Below, piece by piece: positions 20,588 to 29,228 of a stretch of 29,228 bases of DNA (position 1 is its first letter; the number at the start of each line of letters is the position of its first letter). The notes under the pieces are model-generated. The model worked only from the letters and a program-made list of their open reading frames with translations, did no database searches and was not told the DNA's origin. The stretch is from a virus. Its lineage: Duplodnaviria; Heunggongvirae; Uroviricota; Caudoviricetes. The position numbers and the translations under genes are program-made. The stretch covers positions 1 to 29,228 of IMG/VR virus record IMGVR_UViG_2778261380_000007. One strand, given 5' to 3'.

Positions 20588-21025
20588 TTATTTCAGGCAC
20601 TGAGTCCTGATGTACTCCTGCAGGTAGTTAACCTGCGCGGTTATCTTGTCGATTCCACTTCGGAGACGGTAATAATTGAGTTCAGCATCTGCTGTAAGTC
20701 TTGGGCTTTCTCCATCGCCCATGCTGCTGGCTCCGGTCGTTGACTTTGCACAGGTGGCGGCGACTTGCAGGCGCTTACGCCCAGCAGAAACATCAGCACG
20801 AAGGCTTTCGATAGTAGCGTTAGCATCAGCAAGCTCCTTTGTGTATCTGGCGTCGAGTTCTGCTACATCACGTTGACGCTTCTGCATATCAGCGATGATG
20901 GATGTGGCTTTGTCGCGCTGGTCTTTATAGGCGATGGCGTTATCACGGTAATGATTAACCGCCCATGAAAGGCAGACGATGACGCAGATAACCAGAGCGG
21001 AAATAATCGCGGTTACTCTGCTCAT
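20588..21025 (-). CDS. Rz: Spanin inner-membrane subunit (i-spanin)
   Basis: 145-aa ORF; N-terminus [31 protein letters not shown] is nearly identical to lambda Rz as I recall it. Confidence 0.9.
   Translation of the reverse strand: MSRVTAIISALVICVIVCLSWAVNHYRDNAIAYKDQRDKATSIIADMQKRQRDVAELDARYTKELADANATIESLRADVSAGRKRLQVAATCAKSTTGASSMGDGESPRLTADAELNYYRLRSGIDKITAQVNYLQEYIRTQCLK
20641..20832 (-). CDS. Rz1: Spanin outer-membrane lipoprotein subunit (o-spanin), embedded in the +1 frame of Rz
   Basis: 63-aa ORF wholly inside Rz; signal peptide with lipobox (LLGVSAC) followed by a Pro-rich segment ([16 protein letters not shown]), as in lambda Rz1. Confidence 0.85.
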   Translation of the reverse strand: MLMLTLLSKAFVLMFLLGVSACKSPPPVQSQRPEPAAWAMEKAQDLQQMLNSIITVSEVESTR

Positions 21026-21498
21026 ACCTCAATCTCTCTGACCGTTCCGCCAGCCTCTTTGAATTTTGCAATCAGGCTGTCAACCTTATGCTCGAACTGA
21101 CCGTAACCGGCCCCCGGCAGTGAAGCCCAGATATTACTGCAACGGTCGATTGCCTGACGGATATCACCGCGATCAATCATCGGTAAAGCGCCACGTTCCT
21201 TAATCTGTTGCAGTGCCACAGCGTCCTGGCTTTTCGGAGAGAAGTCTTTCAGGCCAAGCTGCTTACGATAGGCATCCCACCAACGGGAAAGAAGCTGGTA
21301 GCGTCCAGCGGCTGTTGATTTGAGTTTGGGGTTTAGCGTGACAAGTTTGCGAGGGTGATCGGAGTAATCAGTGAATAGCTCACCACCTACAATGACGTCA
21401 TAACCATGATTTCTGGTTTTCTGCCGTCCGTTATCAGTTCCCTCTGACCACGCCAGCATATCGAGGAACGCCTTACGTTGATTATTGATTTCCACCAT
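21022..21498 (-). CDS. R: Endolysin, lambda R-type lytic transglycosylase
   Basis: 158-aa ORF, essentially identical to lambda R from memory ([35 protein letters not shown]...). Confidence 0.95.
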   Translation of the reverse strand: MVEINNQRKAFLDMLAWSEGTDNGRQKTRNHGYDVIVGGELFTDYSDHPRKLVTLNPKLKSTAAGRYQLLSRWWDAYRKQLGLKDFSPKSQDAVALQQIKERGALPMIDRGDIRQAIDRCSNIWASLPGAGYGQFEHKVDSLIAKFKEAGGTVREIEV

Positions 21499-21805
21499 CT
21501 TCTACTCCGGCTTTTTTAGCAGCGAAGCGTTTGATAAGCGAACCAATCGAGTCAGTACCGATGTAGCCGATAAACACGCTCGTTATATAAGCGAGGTTGC
21601 TACTTAGTCCGGCGAAGTCGAGAAGGTCACGAATGAACCAGGCGATAATGGCGCACATCGTTGCGTCGATTACTGTTTTTGTAAACGCACCGCCATTATA
21701 TCTGCCGCGAAGGTACGCCATTGCAAACGCAAGTATTGCCCCGATGCCTTGTTCCTTTGCCGCGAGAATGGCGGCTAACAGGTCATGTTTTTCTGGCATC
21801 TTCAT
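21482..21805 (-). CDS. S: Holin/antiholin, lambda S (S107/S105 dual start)
   Basis: 107-aa ORF, identical to lambda S from memory, starting [10 protein letters not shown] with the Met1-Lys2-Met3 dual-start motif; upstream DNA matches the lambda S leader. Confidence 0.95.
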   Translation of the reverse strand: MKMPEKHDLLAAILAAKEQGIGAILAFAMAYLRGRYNGGAFTKTVIDATMCAIIAWFIRDLLDFAGLSSNLAYITSVFIGYIGTDSIGSLIKRFAAKKAGVEDGGNQ

Positions 21806-22103
21806 GTCTTACCCCCAATAAGGGGATTTGCTCTATTTAATTAGGAATAAGGTCGATTACTGATAGAACAAATCCAGGCTACTGTGTTTAGTAATCAGAT
21901 TTGTTCGTGACCGATATGCACGGGCAAAACGGCAGGAGGTTGTTAGCGCAACCTCACGCCACCCGCTTTCACGAAGCCAGCCATTACGCTGGTTTTCTTT
22001 TATGCAAAGCACACCGCACCGTAGCCACAGCGGATAAGGTGATTATTTTTGTCTGTCTGGTATTTGGGTTGATGTGCTTTCAGAAAGGTCGTGATTAAAA
22101 CGC

Positions 22104-22131
22104 AAAAAGCCCCGAGCTATTAACTCAGGGC
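22104..22131 (-). terminator. tR'-like rho-independent terminator in the late leader
   Basis: - strand: GCCCUGAG-UUAAUAG-CUCGGGGC (one G-U pair) followed by UUUUU, about 30-55 nt downstream of the predicted pR' start. Confidence 0.65.
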
Positions 22132-22160
22132 TTTATTTAACGAGTGCATTTATCCATCGT

Positions 22161-22196
22161 TGGGTCAAATTTACCCAACTTTATTCAAAAAGTCAA
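22161..22196 (-). promoter_or_regulatory. Late promoter pR' (-35 TTGACT, 17-bp spacer, -10 TAAATT) with the overlapping qut region
   Basis: The - strand reads TTGACTTTTTGAATAAAGTTGGGTAAATTTGACCCAACGATGG, near-identical to lambda pR' as I recall it, directly downstream of Q. Confidence 0.8.
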
Positions 22197-22238
22197 TATC
22201 ATGCCGTTAATATGTTGCCATCCGTGGCAATCATGCTG

Positions 22239-22862
22239 CTAACGTGTGACCGCATTCAAAATGTTGTCTGCGATTGACTCTTCTTTGTGGCATTGCACCA
22301 CCAGAGCGTCATACAGCGGCTTAACAGTGCGTGACCAGGTGGGTTGAGTAAGGTTTGGGATTAGCATCGTTACAGCGCGATATGCGGCGCTTGCTGGCAT
22401 CCTGGAATAGCCGACTCCTTTGCATCTTCCGCACTCTTTCTCGACAACTCTCCCCCACTGCTCTGTTTTTGCTATATCAACCGCACGGCCTGTACCGTGG
22501 CAATCTCTGCACCTTGCTCCCGGCGTCGCGGCACTACGGCAATAATCCGCATAAGCGAATGTTGCGAGCACTTGCAGTACCTTTGCCTTAGTATTTCCTT
22601 CAAGCTTTGCCACGCCACGGTATTTCCCCGATACCTTGTGTGCAAATTGCATCAGATAGTTGATAGCCTTTTGTTTGTCGTTCTGGCTGAGTTCGTGCTT
22701 ACCACAGAATGCAGCCATTCCGAATCCGGCTTGTGATTGCGCCATCCCCATAGCAGCCATCACATCAGTACCGGAAAGAGAGTCAGAAGCCGTAGCCCGT
22801 GGTGAGTCGCTCATCATCGGGCTTTTTGGCGAATGAAATTTAGCTACGCTTTCGAGTCTCAT
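22239..22862 (-). CDS. Q: Late gene antiterminator Q (lambda-type)
   Basis: 207-aa ORF, essentially identical to lambda Q from memory, including the Cys-rich zinc-binding region (CRDCHGTG...CGRCKG). Confidence 0.95.
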   Translation of the reverse strand: MRLESVAKFHSPKSPMMSDSPRATASDSLSGTDVMAAMGMAQSQAGFGMAAFCGKHELSQNDKQKAINYLMQFAHKVSGKYRGVAKLEGNTKAKVLQVLATFAYADYCRSAATPGARCRDCHGTGRAVDIAKTEQWGRVVEKECGRCKGVGYSRMPASAAYRAVTMLIPNLTQPTWSRTVKPLYDALVVQCHKEESIADNILNAVTR

Positions 22863-23524
22863 GCGCCTTCTCCCTGTACCTGAATCAATGTGAGATTTCC
22901 GTAGAACACTGCGCCGGTATCGATATACATCTGGTTGGCAAACTTGAGTGGTTTCACTGCTGGCGTATGACCAAAGATGAACGTGTCCGCGCCTTTGATT
23001 TCTTTCACGATCCCGTCTTGTGAGTTGCTGATTCGTTCGCGGTTCCAGATTACCTGCTGATGATCAACTGGCTTACCAAACTCGTATTCGTCACAAGGAT
23101 AATCGGCGTGGCAGATGACATATTTTTTACCTTTGCTCACCAGTTCGATGATTAACGGAAGTTCATCTGCTTTATGGGCAAGAGCTTTAGCCAGAATTTC
23201 TTTGTCGTAATCGAGATTAAAGAACCAGCCACCGCCATTAAGCAACCAGTGATTGACGTTTCCACGCTCTGATAAGCCATCAATCATCATGTGCTCATGG
23301 TTTCCACGTACAGCTCTGAACCAGGGGAATGTGATTAATTCCAGGCATTCGACGTTCTCTGTACCGCGATCGACCAAATCGCCAACCGAGATAAGCAGGT
23401 CTTTTTTGGTGTCGAATCCTATCGTCTCCAGTTTTTCCATCAGGTTCGTGTAGCATCCGTGCAGATCGCCAACTACCCAAATATTTCGGTATTTGCTGCC
23501 ATCAATTCTTTCGTAATAGCGCAT
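22859..23524 (-). CDS. ninI: Ser/Thr protein phosphatase (lambda NinI / orf221)
   Basis: Start placed at ATG 23522-23524 ([25 protein letters not shown]...), giving 221 aa and matching lambda phosphatase motifs GDLHG, GDLVDRG, GNHE; the ORF-track start at 23599 is an upstream extension overlapping ninH. Confidence 0.9.
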   Translation of the reverse strand: MRYYERIDGSKYRNIWVVGDLHGCYTNLMEKLETIGFDTKKDLLISVGDLVDRGTENVECLELITFPWFRAVRGNHEHMMIDGLSERGNVNHWLLNGGGWFFNLDYDKEILAKALAHKADELPLIIELVSKGKKYVICHADYPCDEYEFGKPVDHQQVIWNRERISNSQDGIVKEIKGADTFIFGHTPAVKPLKFANQMYIDTGAVFYGNLTLIQVQGEGA

Positions 23525-23708
23525 CTCTTTCACTCCATCCGCGATGAACCATGAGAACGTCGTTGACGATGGCGTGCATTTTCCCGTCTTTATCATCAAC
23601 GTATTTTCTTACCGTACCGCGACTACATTTCAGTCTGCGTGCTACTTCTGTCTGGTTTCCGTATGCTTCAACGAGCATGTCTGGAATGGTTTTTACTGAG
23701 AACGTCAT
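23502..23708 (-). CDS. ninH: NinH
   Basis: 68-aa ORF identical in length and near-identical in sequence to lambda NinH from memory. Confidence 0.9.
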   Translation of the reverse strand: MTFSVKTIPDMLVEAYGNQTEVARRLKCSRGTVRKYVDDKDGKMHAIVNDVLMVHRGWSERDALLRKN

Positions 23709-24313
23709 GCGGCCTCACTTCTGCTGTTTCGCAGGTCTTTGAGTTTCTGCTGATATTCCGCCTTGATGGCCCTGCACTCTTCGACAGTCCAGCGATGGCG
23801 GTTATGGTTTGATTCGATTTCGTCTACTGCTTCCTGCCCGATGCGGCTAATCAGTTCGACGCGATACGGAACGAGATTTCCGCTTTTGTGCTGGTTGCAC
23901 ACCACGCATTGCTTGTGAATATTGCGTTCATCAAATCGGAGTTGAGGCGCCGCAGCAGTTGTCCGGTAATGCCCGGCATCCCACTGAGCAGACGTGAGCG
24001 TTCCGCACGAGATACATGGTAAGTCGCGGTCTCTTTCTCTGATGAAGGCGTTTACGGCTTGTTGGGCTTGTTTAATCCAGTAACTGCGGGGCTTTAAGGC
24101 GAGTTTTCGAATCTTCAGTTTATCTTTCTGTTTCTGCTCATCTCGTCGTCGTTTCTTCTCTGCTGCTTTTTCCGCTTTTTTGCGCTGTTTGCTTCGTAGT
24201 TTGAGTGCTAATTGAGTTCCATGTTCCGGGCAGCACCACCACTGATTTGAGAATGCCGGGTGAAACCATTCCTTGCATATTTTGCATTTCCTTCGCGCTG
24301 GTTTAGCCATCAT
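23705..24313 (-). CDS. ninG: NinG (Rap) recombination endonuclease
   Basis: 202-aa ORF, highly similar to lambda NinG from memory (Cys-rich N-terminus, [14 protein letters not shown] linker). Confidence 0.9.
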   Translation of the reverse strand: MMAKPARRKCKICKEWFHPAFSNQWWCCPEHGTQLALKLRSKQRKKAEKAAEKKRRRDEQKQKDKLKIRKLALKPRSYWIKQAQQAVNAFIRERDRDLPCISCGTLTSAQWDAGHYRTTAAAPQLRFDERNIHKQCVVCNQHKSGNLVPYRVELISRIGQEAVDEIESNHNRHRWTVEECRAIKAEYQQKLKDLRNSRSEAA

Positions 24314-24363
24314 CTTCTTCCTCGTACATTGAGCTATTCGGATCGCTCATCAGTTCTGCGCAG

Positions 24364-24870
24364 TTATGGTCTGCCATGGTTTTCATGAAAACCCAGTTCT
24401 TTTTCTGCCCTCTTCCTTTCTGCAATAGCGTCAATGATGCTAGCAAATATTCCAAGATATTTGGTGCGCCCATCTACGCATATATTCGCAATCCACTTAC
24501 ATCTCTCTTTATTGAAATATACTCCAGTCACTCCTGACGAATTGGTTATTTTTCTCTTTTGGTTCTGTGCATTCTGTTGGTGTGTAACCAATCGAAGATT
24601 AGATAGCCTATTATCTGACCTTACTCCATTTATATGATCAATTTTATACCCTAATGGAATCTCACCATTATTTATCATCCATATAACGTGGTGAGCATAA
24701 GTAATTACACCATCGATAGTTAACATCCTATAACCATCACTCCTAATGTAACCAGCAACACTGCCAACCTTAACATTATTAGAAGGAGACACTTTCCATC
24801 TAAGTACACCTAAAACATCATCATATGATAATTTATTTCTTAATTCGTCTATGTTGCTTATATTTCTCAT
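24364..24870 (-). CDS. HNH homing endonuclease with AP2-like DNA-binding domain
   Basis: 168-aa ORF in a markedly AT-rich segment. N-terminal NUMOD4-like region (WKVSPSNNVKVGSVAGYIRSDGYRMLTIDGV), HNH motif (IDHINGVRSDNRLSNLRLVTHQQN), C-terminal AP2-like segment (SGVTGVYFNKERCKWIANICVDGRTKYLGIF). Confidence 0.8.
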   Translation of the reverse strand: MRNISNIDELRNKLSYDDVLGVLRWKVSPSNNVKVGSVAGYIRSDGYRMLTIDGVITYAHHVIWMINNGEIPLGYKIDHINGVRSDNRLSNLRLVTHQQNAQNQKRKITNSSGVTGVYFNKERCKWIANICVDGRTKYLGIFASIIDAIAERKRAEKELGFHENHGRP

Positions 24871-25012
24871 TATGTTCCACCATATTTAAGCATTCATATA
24901 TACAACGCTCACACACGTGAACTTCCAGCACATGCAGCTTCTGACCGCAGTTAGCGCACGTTAATGCCCGCTCGACGCTTTCTTGTTCGTAACTTCGATT
25001 TTGGTCAATCAC
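24833..25012 (-). CDS. ninF: NinF-like protein with altered C-terminus
   Basis: Core [25 protein letters not shown] matches lambda NinF; GTG start at 25010-25012 overlaps the ninE stop; the last ~12 codons overlap the start of the HNH gene and differ from lambda. Confidence 0.6.
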   Translation of the reverse strand: MIDQNRSYEQESVERALTCANCGQKLHVLEVHVCERCIYECLNMVEHNEKYKQHRRIKK

Positions 25013-25191
25013 CTTGTTTTCCTCGCACGATGTCTTAGCCACCGGATATCCCACAGGTGAGCCGTGTAATTGAAGGTTTTTACATCAGATTCTTTTGGGA
25101 TTGGCTTGCGTTTATTTCTGGAGCGTTTCGTTGGAAGGTATTTGCAGTTTTCGCAGATTATGTCGGTGATACTTCGTCGCTGTCTCGCCAC
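25009..25191 (-). CDS. ninE: NinE
   Basis: 60 aa from GTG at 25189-25191 with an AAGGAGG RBS (4-nt spacing, slightly short); sequence [26 protein letters not shown]...[17 protein letters not shown] matches lambda NinE. The ORF-track start is further upstream. Confidence 0.8.
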
Positions 25192-25331
25192 ACGTCCTCC
25201 TTTTCCTGCGGTAGTGGTAACCACCCTGTTGGTGTTCTTTCACACCGGAGACACCATCGATTCCAGTAAGGTTGCCCGGGTCGAAAGCGATCGCCTTCCT
25301 TTCGCTCTCCACATCGATAACAGTGCTTCAT
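25158..25331 (-). CDS. ninD: NinD-like small zinc-ribbon protein
   Basis: 57 aa from ATG 25329-25331, which overlaps the methyltransferase stop (ATGA); CxxC...CxxC pattern ([16 protein letters not shown]...WCLRCE); same length as lambda NinD. Overlaps the ninE start by ~34 nt in another frame, so the exact boundaries are uncertain. Confidence 0.55.
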
Positions 25332-25918
25332 GCGATCACCATTTTGCATGGTTTAATCGCCATGCCGGTAGCCAGTTCAAAATCGGAGTCGCACTGATTG
25401 CCCCACATATCCCACCCGGTCACTTTGTCGCGGCTAAATAACTCACAGCGCGGCACGTCGCCAAGCAACTTAGCTAACATGTCTCTTACGATCGGTGGTT
25501 TTGCACTGTGCTCCATTCTCGGTGCGGTAAAGTGCTGGCATATGGAAGCGTCCATTCTCTCAGGCAACCGCCCTCGAACAGCAAACAAGCAATCCTCGCT
25601 ATTTGCCCTGGTCATATGCCCCATTCCGATCGCACTGTTGCCTTTGTGCTTATTGGTTTTGTGCCAGGTAAAGCCTTTCATAGTCATCAACCTGAATCCC
25701 CATGCCTCAACTACCTTTAGCGCTTCGGCTGGCTGTGTCGGCACCCACCACATCGCTAACAAGCAAGATTCTGGATCCGCTAAATCCCATACTGGCAGTC
25801 GGCAAATGTCCTGAACATTCATAACATCGTATTTATGTCCAGCACCGCGATTGCCATCGTTGGCTTTGTCGCGATATTGCCAAGGCGGATCTGCGTAAAT
25901 AAGTCGGTATTTGTTCAT
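25328..25918 (-). CDS. Orphan DNA N6-adenine methyltransferase (MT-A70-like, DPPW motif)
   Basis: 196-aa ORF; catalytic motif DPPW at residues 10-13 ([15 protein letters not shown]). No restriction endonuclease partner adjacent. Confidence 0.8.
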   Translation of the reverse strand: MNKYRLIYADPPWQYRDKANDGNRGAGHKYDVMNVQDICRLPVWDLADPESCLLAMWWVPTQPAEALKVVEAWGFRLMTMKGFTWHKTNKHKGNSAIGMGHMTRANSEDCLFAVRGRLPERMDASICQHFTAPRMEHSAKPPIVRDMLAKLLGDVPRCELFSRDKVTGWDMWGNQCDSDFELATGMAIKPCKMVIA

Positions 25919-26355
25919 GCAGCTTTATCTCCCCATCGCGCTTTCCATTCCAGAGCCAGTCTCGCTTCGTCTGACCACTTAACGCCACGCTCTGCACCGA
26001 ATGCCTGTATAAGCTCTAATAGCTCCGCAAATTCGCCTACACGCATCCTGCTGGTTGACTGGCCTATTACCACAAAGCCATTCCCGGCAAGGTTAGGAAC
26101 AACGTCCTGCTGCTTTAATGCTGCGGTAAACACACACTTCCAGCTTTCTGCATCCAGCCAGCGACCATGCCATTCAACCTGACGCGAAACGTCACCAAGG
26201 CAAGCCCAAAGCTTCCGGTTTTGGTCTAAGCTGCGGTTGCGCTCCTGAATGGTTACTACGATTGGTTTGGTTGGGTCTGGAAGGATTTGCTGGATGGCTT
26301 GAATGGCGTTCTGCTGATGGATGGGGCTTCTTAGTTCAAACGTTAGTTTCCTCAT
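25915..26355 (-). CDS. ninB: NinB (Orf) recombination mediator
   Basis: 146-aa ORF, same length as and highly similar to lambda NinB from memory. Confidence 0.9.
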   Translation of the reverse strand: MRKLTFELRSPIHQQNAIQAIQQILPDPTKPIVVTIQERNRSLDQNRKLWACLGDVSRQVEWHGRWLDAESWKCVFTAALKQQDVVPNLAGNGFVVIGQSTSRMRVGEFAELLELIQAFGAERGVKWSDEARLALEWKARWGDKAA

Positions 26356-26572
26356 GGGATGAACTCCAGTGTGCGATGTTAAATTCCCATTTAATTACCT
26401 TTGCATACCCAATTTTGAACCCATCAATACCTATCCACCGCTTGCCACTCCAATAAGCTGTACCACTATGCTTGAAATGATGTGGATGCTTAGATTGAGT
26501 GGTCACTGTTACAGGTAAATATGGCTTCGGGTATTCCCCATTCCCTGGATAACCAGATTTAATTCTGCTCAT
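26336..26572 (-). CDS. Hypothetical small His-rich protein (78 aa)
   Basis: ATG overlaps the stop of the upstream 108-aa ORF (ATGA) and its 3' end overlaps the ninB start, giving a chain of coupled genes; no recognised motif. Confidence 0.5.
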   Translation of the reverse strand: MSRIKSGYPGNGEYPKPYLPVTVTTQSKHPHHFKHSGTAYWSGKRWIGIDGFKIGYAKVIKWEFNIAHWSSSHEETNV

Positions 26573-26895
26573 TGATACCCTCTCTCACTTAATCGCCTCC
26601 ACGCTTCGTTAAACTCTTCACGAGTTGCGCCGGATTTTCTTTCTTCAAACATCATGCATTCGCTGATGTCTCCCCATGACTTTGGTCGCTTTTCAGCGAA
26701 CAGATCATCCCATTCGAATACCCAGCGGCCTGATTTTCGGTAGTGGTAAATGGTCAGCCATGTTGTGCTGTTCGCTGGATACCCATAGAGAACTTCGACT
26801 TTTTGATCACGGTCTTTATGCTTTTTCAGCAGGATAAAGCCAGCAACCAGCGAAGCTCCGGCAAGAATGACGATTGGAATTTGCCAGTCAGCCAC
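26569..26895 (-). CDS. Hypothetical membrane-anchored protein (108 aa)
   Basis: Strong RBS (GGGGGAGAGGG) upstream of the ATG; N-terminal hydrophobic helix IPIVILAGASLVAGFILL; first gene after the tR2-like terminator. Confidence 0.6.
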   Translation of the reverse strand: MADWQIPIVILAGASLVAGFILLKKHKDRDQKVEVLYGYPANSTTWLTIYHYRKSGRWVFEWDDLFAEKRPKSWGDISECMMFEERKSGATREEFNEAWRRLSERGYQ

Positions 26896-26910
26896 ACTTC
26901 CCTCTCCCCC

Positions 26911-26942
26911 AAATAAAAAGGCCTGCGATTACCAGCAGGCCT
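26911..26942 (-). terminator. tR2-like rho-independent terminator between the helicase gene and the nin region
   Basis: - strand: AGGCCUGC-UGGUAAUC-GCAGGCCU followed by UUUUUAUUU; same position as lambda tR2 relative to the replication genes. Confidence 0.75.
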
Positions 26943-26967
26943 GTTATTAGCTCAGTGATGTAGATGG

Positions 26968-28344
26968 TCATACGTCAGCCCCTTGTGCATATCGTCTGCC
27001 ACGTGCAGCGGGTGCATTTGATGCTGTGCAAATCTGTCTGGCTTCATCCTGGTCACATGCAACAAAGTGTCCGTTGCAGAACCGTTGGTAAACCGTACCA
27101 AGCGAGCCAAAACGGTTTTTCGTCACGATGATTTCAGCAAATGGCGCGGCGCTACTGTTCTCGTCATATACCGCTTCCCGATAGAGCATGATGATTGAGT
27201 CTGCGTCCTGTTCAATGCTTCCTGAATCACGCAAATCTGCGTTTGTCGGGCGTTTGTTTGGTCGCTTCTCAACATCGCGCGAAAGCTGACTTAGGGAGAT
27301 AACTGGCGTTTTCAGGTCTTTCGCCATCGCCTTCAGGCTTCCGGAGATGTGAGCAATTGCGAGATCGTTGCGATCTGCTTTCGGCTTCTCAATCAGGCCA
27401 AGATAATCCACCATGATGAGTGACAGGTTTGGATTTTCCTGTTTGTGCCGTTCTGCGATTGAGCGTATTTCTTCGACCGATAACTGCGAGGCATCGACTA
27501 CCCATACATCCAAATCTGCAAGCTGACTCATGCCGTTAGCAACACGCGCCCATCCTTCGTCATCCATCGATGCAGGATTTCGCAGCACGCTAACCGACAT
27601 CCTCCCGGCGTTGGCAATGCTTCGCTCTGCAATCTGCAATGCGCTCATTTCCATCGAGAAAATCAACACTCCGCGCCGGACGTCAGAACCAGGAATAACG
27701 CGGCTTGCAACGCCTTCGGCAATCTTCAGCGCCAGTTCGGTTTTCCCCATACCAGGACGAGCGGCGATTATCACCAGGTCTTCCGCGTTCATCCCTCCGG
27801 TGATGGCGTCAAGTTCTTCGATTCCGGTCTTCAGGGTATCTGACTCTTCTCCGTTCCTCAGACGCCTATCAAGCGTGTCAGTGTAGTCAGTGATGATTTC
27901 CCCTAACCGTACAGGTTTAACCTCGTCACGGGGCTTTCTGATGGCTGAAAGACGCTTTACAAGCTCGTCCATCGCCTGACTCGATGTATCGATGGTTCCG
28001 CTCTGAATTGGTTCACGCATTTCATCCATGATTTCCAGCACCAGACGGCGGTGATAGTTATCCGCGACCATTCCGGCATATCCCTTCAGGTTTGCGGCGC
28101 TCGGGCAGTTTTTGCTGGTCATCAGGATTGACGTGAAATGCTCCTCTCCGCACGCCTCGGCAACCATCAGCGCGTCGATTAGGTTTCTGTTTCTCGCCTG
28201 CTTGCGGATAACCTCGAAGGCTTTCCGGTAGAGAGGAATTGAAAACGCTTCCGGCTCAAGCGTTGCCAGAACGTCACTGGCGGTTGGAGTTAATCCACCA
28301 ATCAGCAGGCCACCGATAACGCTCGCTTCGATATCCTGTCTCAT
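26968..28344 (-). CDS. Replicative DNA helicase (DnaB family; P22 gene 12-like)
   Basis: 458-aa ORF; Walker A-like [13 protein letters not shown] and downstream DnaB-type motifs; same length as P22 gp12; start overlaps the initiator stop. Confidence 0.9.
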   Translation of the reverse strand: MRQDIEASVIGGLLIGGLTPTASDVLATLEPEAFSIPLYRKAFEVIRKQARNRNLIDALMVAEACGEEHFTSILMTSKNCPSAANLKGYAGMVADNYHRRLVLEIMDEMREPIQSGTIDTSSQAMDELVKRLSAIRKPRDEVKPVRLGEIITDYTDTLDRRLRNGEESDTLKTGIEELDAITGGMNAEDLVIIAARPGMGKTELALKIAEGVASRVIPGSDVRRGVLIFSMEMSALQIAERSIANAGRMSVSVLRNPASMDDEGWARVANGMSQLADLDVWVVDASQLSVEEIRSIAERHKQENPNLSLIMVDYLGLIEKPKADRNDLAIAHISGSLKAMAKDLKTPVISLSQLSRDVEKRPNKRPTNADLRDSGSIEQDADSIIMLYREAVYDENSSAAPFAEIIVTKNRFGSLGTVYQRFCNGHFVACDQDEARQICTASNAPAARGRRYAQGADV

Positions 28345-29228
28345 GCAATCCCCCTGTCTGCAAACTTCCCTTCCCGAACTCCCGTTAACGAGTCTTCCCT
28401 CAGCAGGTAATCAAAATCAGCCGTCCAGCCCGTGTCGTTGTCTCCGAAGTAAAACGGCTTGGCCTGATGCACAAACGCCCTGACATACGCCCTGAAACCG
28501 TCCACGTTTGGCGTTTTCAGTTGCGGGATGATTTTCTTCAGGCGGCGTTTTCGTTTCTCGTTGACCGCAACAGCGTGTGGAAGTCTGTCACCGACTTCGG
28601 TGTTGTAGGCGTTCAGGAAGGATTCGTAGTCGATTCGTTCTGCCTTGCGACGTTCAGGTTTAACCTGCCCATCGCCGCCCCCGTTAGGGGGTAAGGGGGT
28701 ATTATTTATATTCTTGTTAATACCTTCTTGTTCATGATGTGCGGTTGTTTGTGCGGCTTCATGTGCGCTTTCATGTGTGGCATGTACGCTGAAAGCCGCG
28801 CCATTACTGGCTTCATCATGTGCGGCATCATGTGCGGTTGTTTGTGCGGCTTCATGTGCGGGTGAATTGTCCATTTTTTGAGCGTATTCATGGTAATTTG
28901 TGATGGTGATCACACGCCCTTTTTGCTTCTCTCCATCAATGGAAATCATCCCCTCTTTCACAAAAACCTGAAGCATCCGCTCAACCTGATCACGGCTTGC
29001 TGGCTTGCCATGCCTGTCGCATAACTGAAGACCTAAATCAGCTGCTGTCACAACCAGTTGACCGGGTTGCAGATGCCATTCATGACCTTTGAAATTCGCT
29101 TTGTATGGCTTTCTGGCGGCATTCAGGAGAAGGTTTTCCCACAGGGTGCGAAGATAAACATCTTTCGCCCATGACTGTTTCAGAATGCTCCGGTACAACG
29201 GAATGTAACCAGTTTTCTGGTTCTCCAT
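28341..29228 (-). CDS. Replication initiator (lambda O / P22 gene 18 functional analog) containing the presumed origin
   Basis: 295-aa ORF whose ATG sits exactly at the window edge, so the true start cannot be confirmed; N-terminal winged-helix-like region; His/Ala-rich repeated linker ([10 protein letters not shown] twice) encoded by iteron-like DNA repeats; lies directly upstream of the helicase. Confidence 0.75.
   Translation of the reverse strand: MENQKTGYIPLYRSILKQSWAKDVYLRTLWENLLLNAARKPYKANFKGHEWHLQPGQLVVTAADLGLQLCDRHGKPASRDQVERMLQVFVKEGMISIDGEKQKGRVITITNYHEYAQKMDNSPAHEAAQTTAHDAAHDEASNGAAFSVHATHESAHEAAQTTAHHEQEGINKNINNTPLPPNGGGDGQVKPERRKAERIDYESFLNAYNTEVGDRLPHAVAVNEKRKRRLKKIIPQLKTPNVDGFRAYVRAFVHQAKPFYFGDNDTGWTADFDYLLREDSLTGVREGKFADRGIA
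28737..28866. repeat. Iteron array: eight TGTGCGG-type heptamers at exact 12-bp spacing in two blocks of four, including a perfect 31-bp direct repeat; candidate replication origin
   Basis: Seen directly: heptamers start at 28738, 28750, 28762, 28774 and at 28819, 28831, 28843, 28855; 31-bp repeat at 28737-28767 and 28830-28860; AT-rich tracts flank both sides. Confidence 0.7.

Noticed and set aside
21901-22098. 65-aa + strand ORF in the Q-S leader
   Set aside because: Lies in the late leader region antisense to the late transcript; no RBS.
23525-23599. N-terminal extension of the phosphatase ORF (246-aa version)
   Set aside because: Lambda NinI begins MRYYE...; the extension overlaps ninH in another frame.
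1-29228. tRNA genes, CRISPR arrays, IS elements or transposases
   Set aside because: None recognised. The direct repeats found are coding (the iterons in the initiator gene and the hexanucleotide repeat near gp4), not spacer-repeat arrays, and no transposase-like ORF is present.

Overview
The window reads as the late/structural half plus the nin and replication region of a P22-like temperate podophage, with a lambda-type late-control and lysis cassette. All identifications are from reading the sequence and recalling P22/lambda proteins; no database search was run. Apart from int, mnt and two small accessory genes on the + strand, every gene is on the - strand. In window order: int (+), tailspike, an immI remnant (mnt only; arc and ant absent), ejection proteins gp16/gp20/gp7, gp14, tail needle, gp10, gp4, coat, scaffold, portal, TerL, TerS, an accessory cluster (KilA-N protein and small ORFs), Rz/Rz1, R, S, pR'/tR', Q, the nin region (NinI phosphatase, NinH, NinG, an inserted HNH endonuclease, NinF/E/D-like, an MT-A70 methyltransferase, NinB), two small coupled ORFs, a tR2-like terminator, DnaB-type helicase and an O-like initiator with internal iterons. 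The int 3' end faces the tailspike 3' end, which is the phage-form (attP) order rather than an integrated prophage. The most promising candidate for an undescribed system is the accessory island at 3442-4865 (a P22 sieA/immI-equivalent position): a Mnt variant carrying an Arc-type recognition strand with a matching variant operator, a small YjzC-like gene, and a divergent pair made of a compact HEXXH protein and an AT-rich membrane-anchored coiled-coil protein. Secondary candidates are the KilA-N cluster at 18707-20587 and the HNH/methyltransferase insertions in nin. No tRNA, rRNA, CRISPR array or IS element was recognised.
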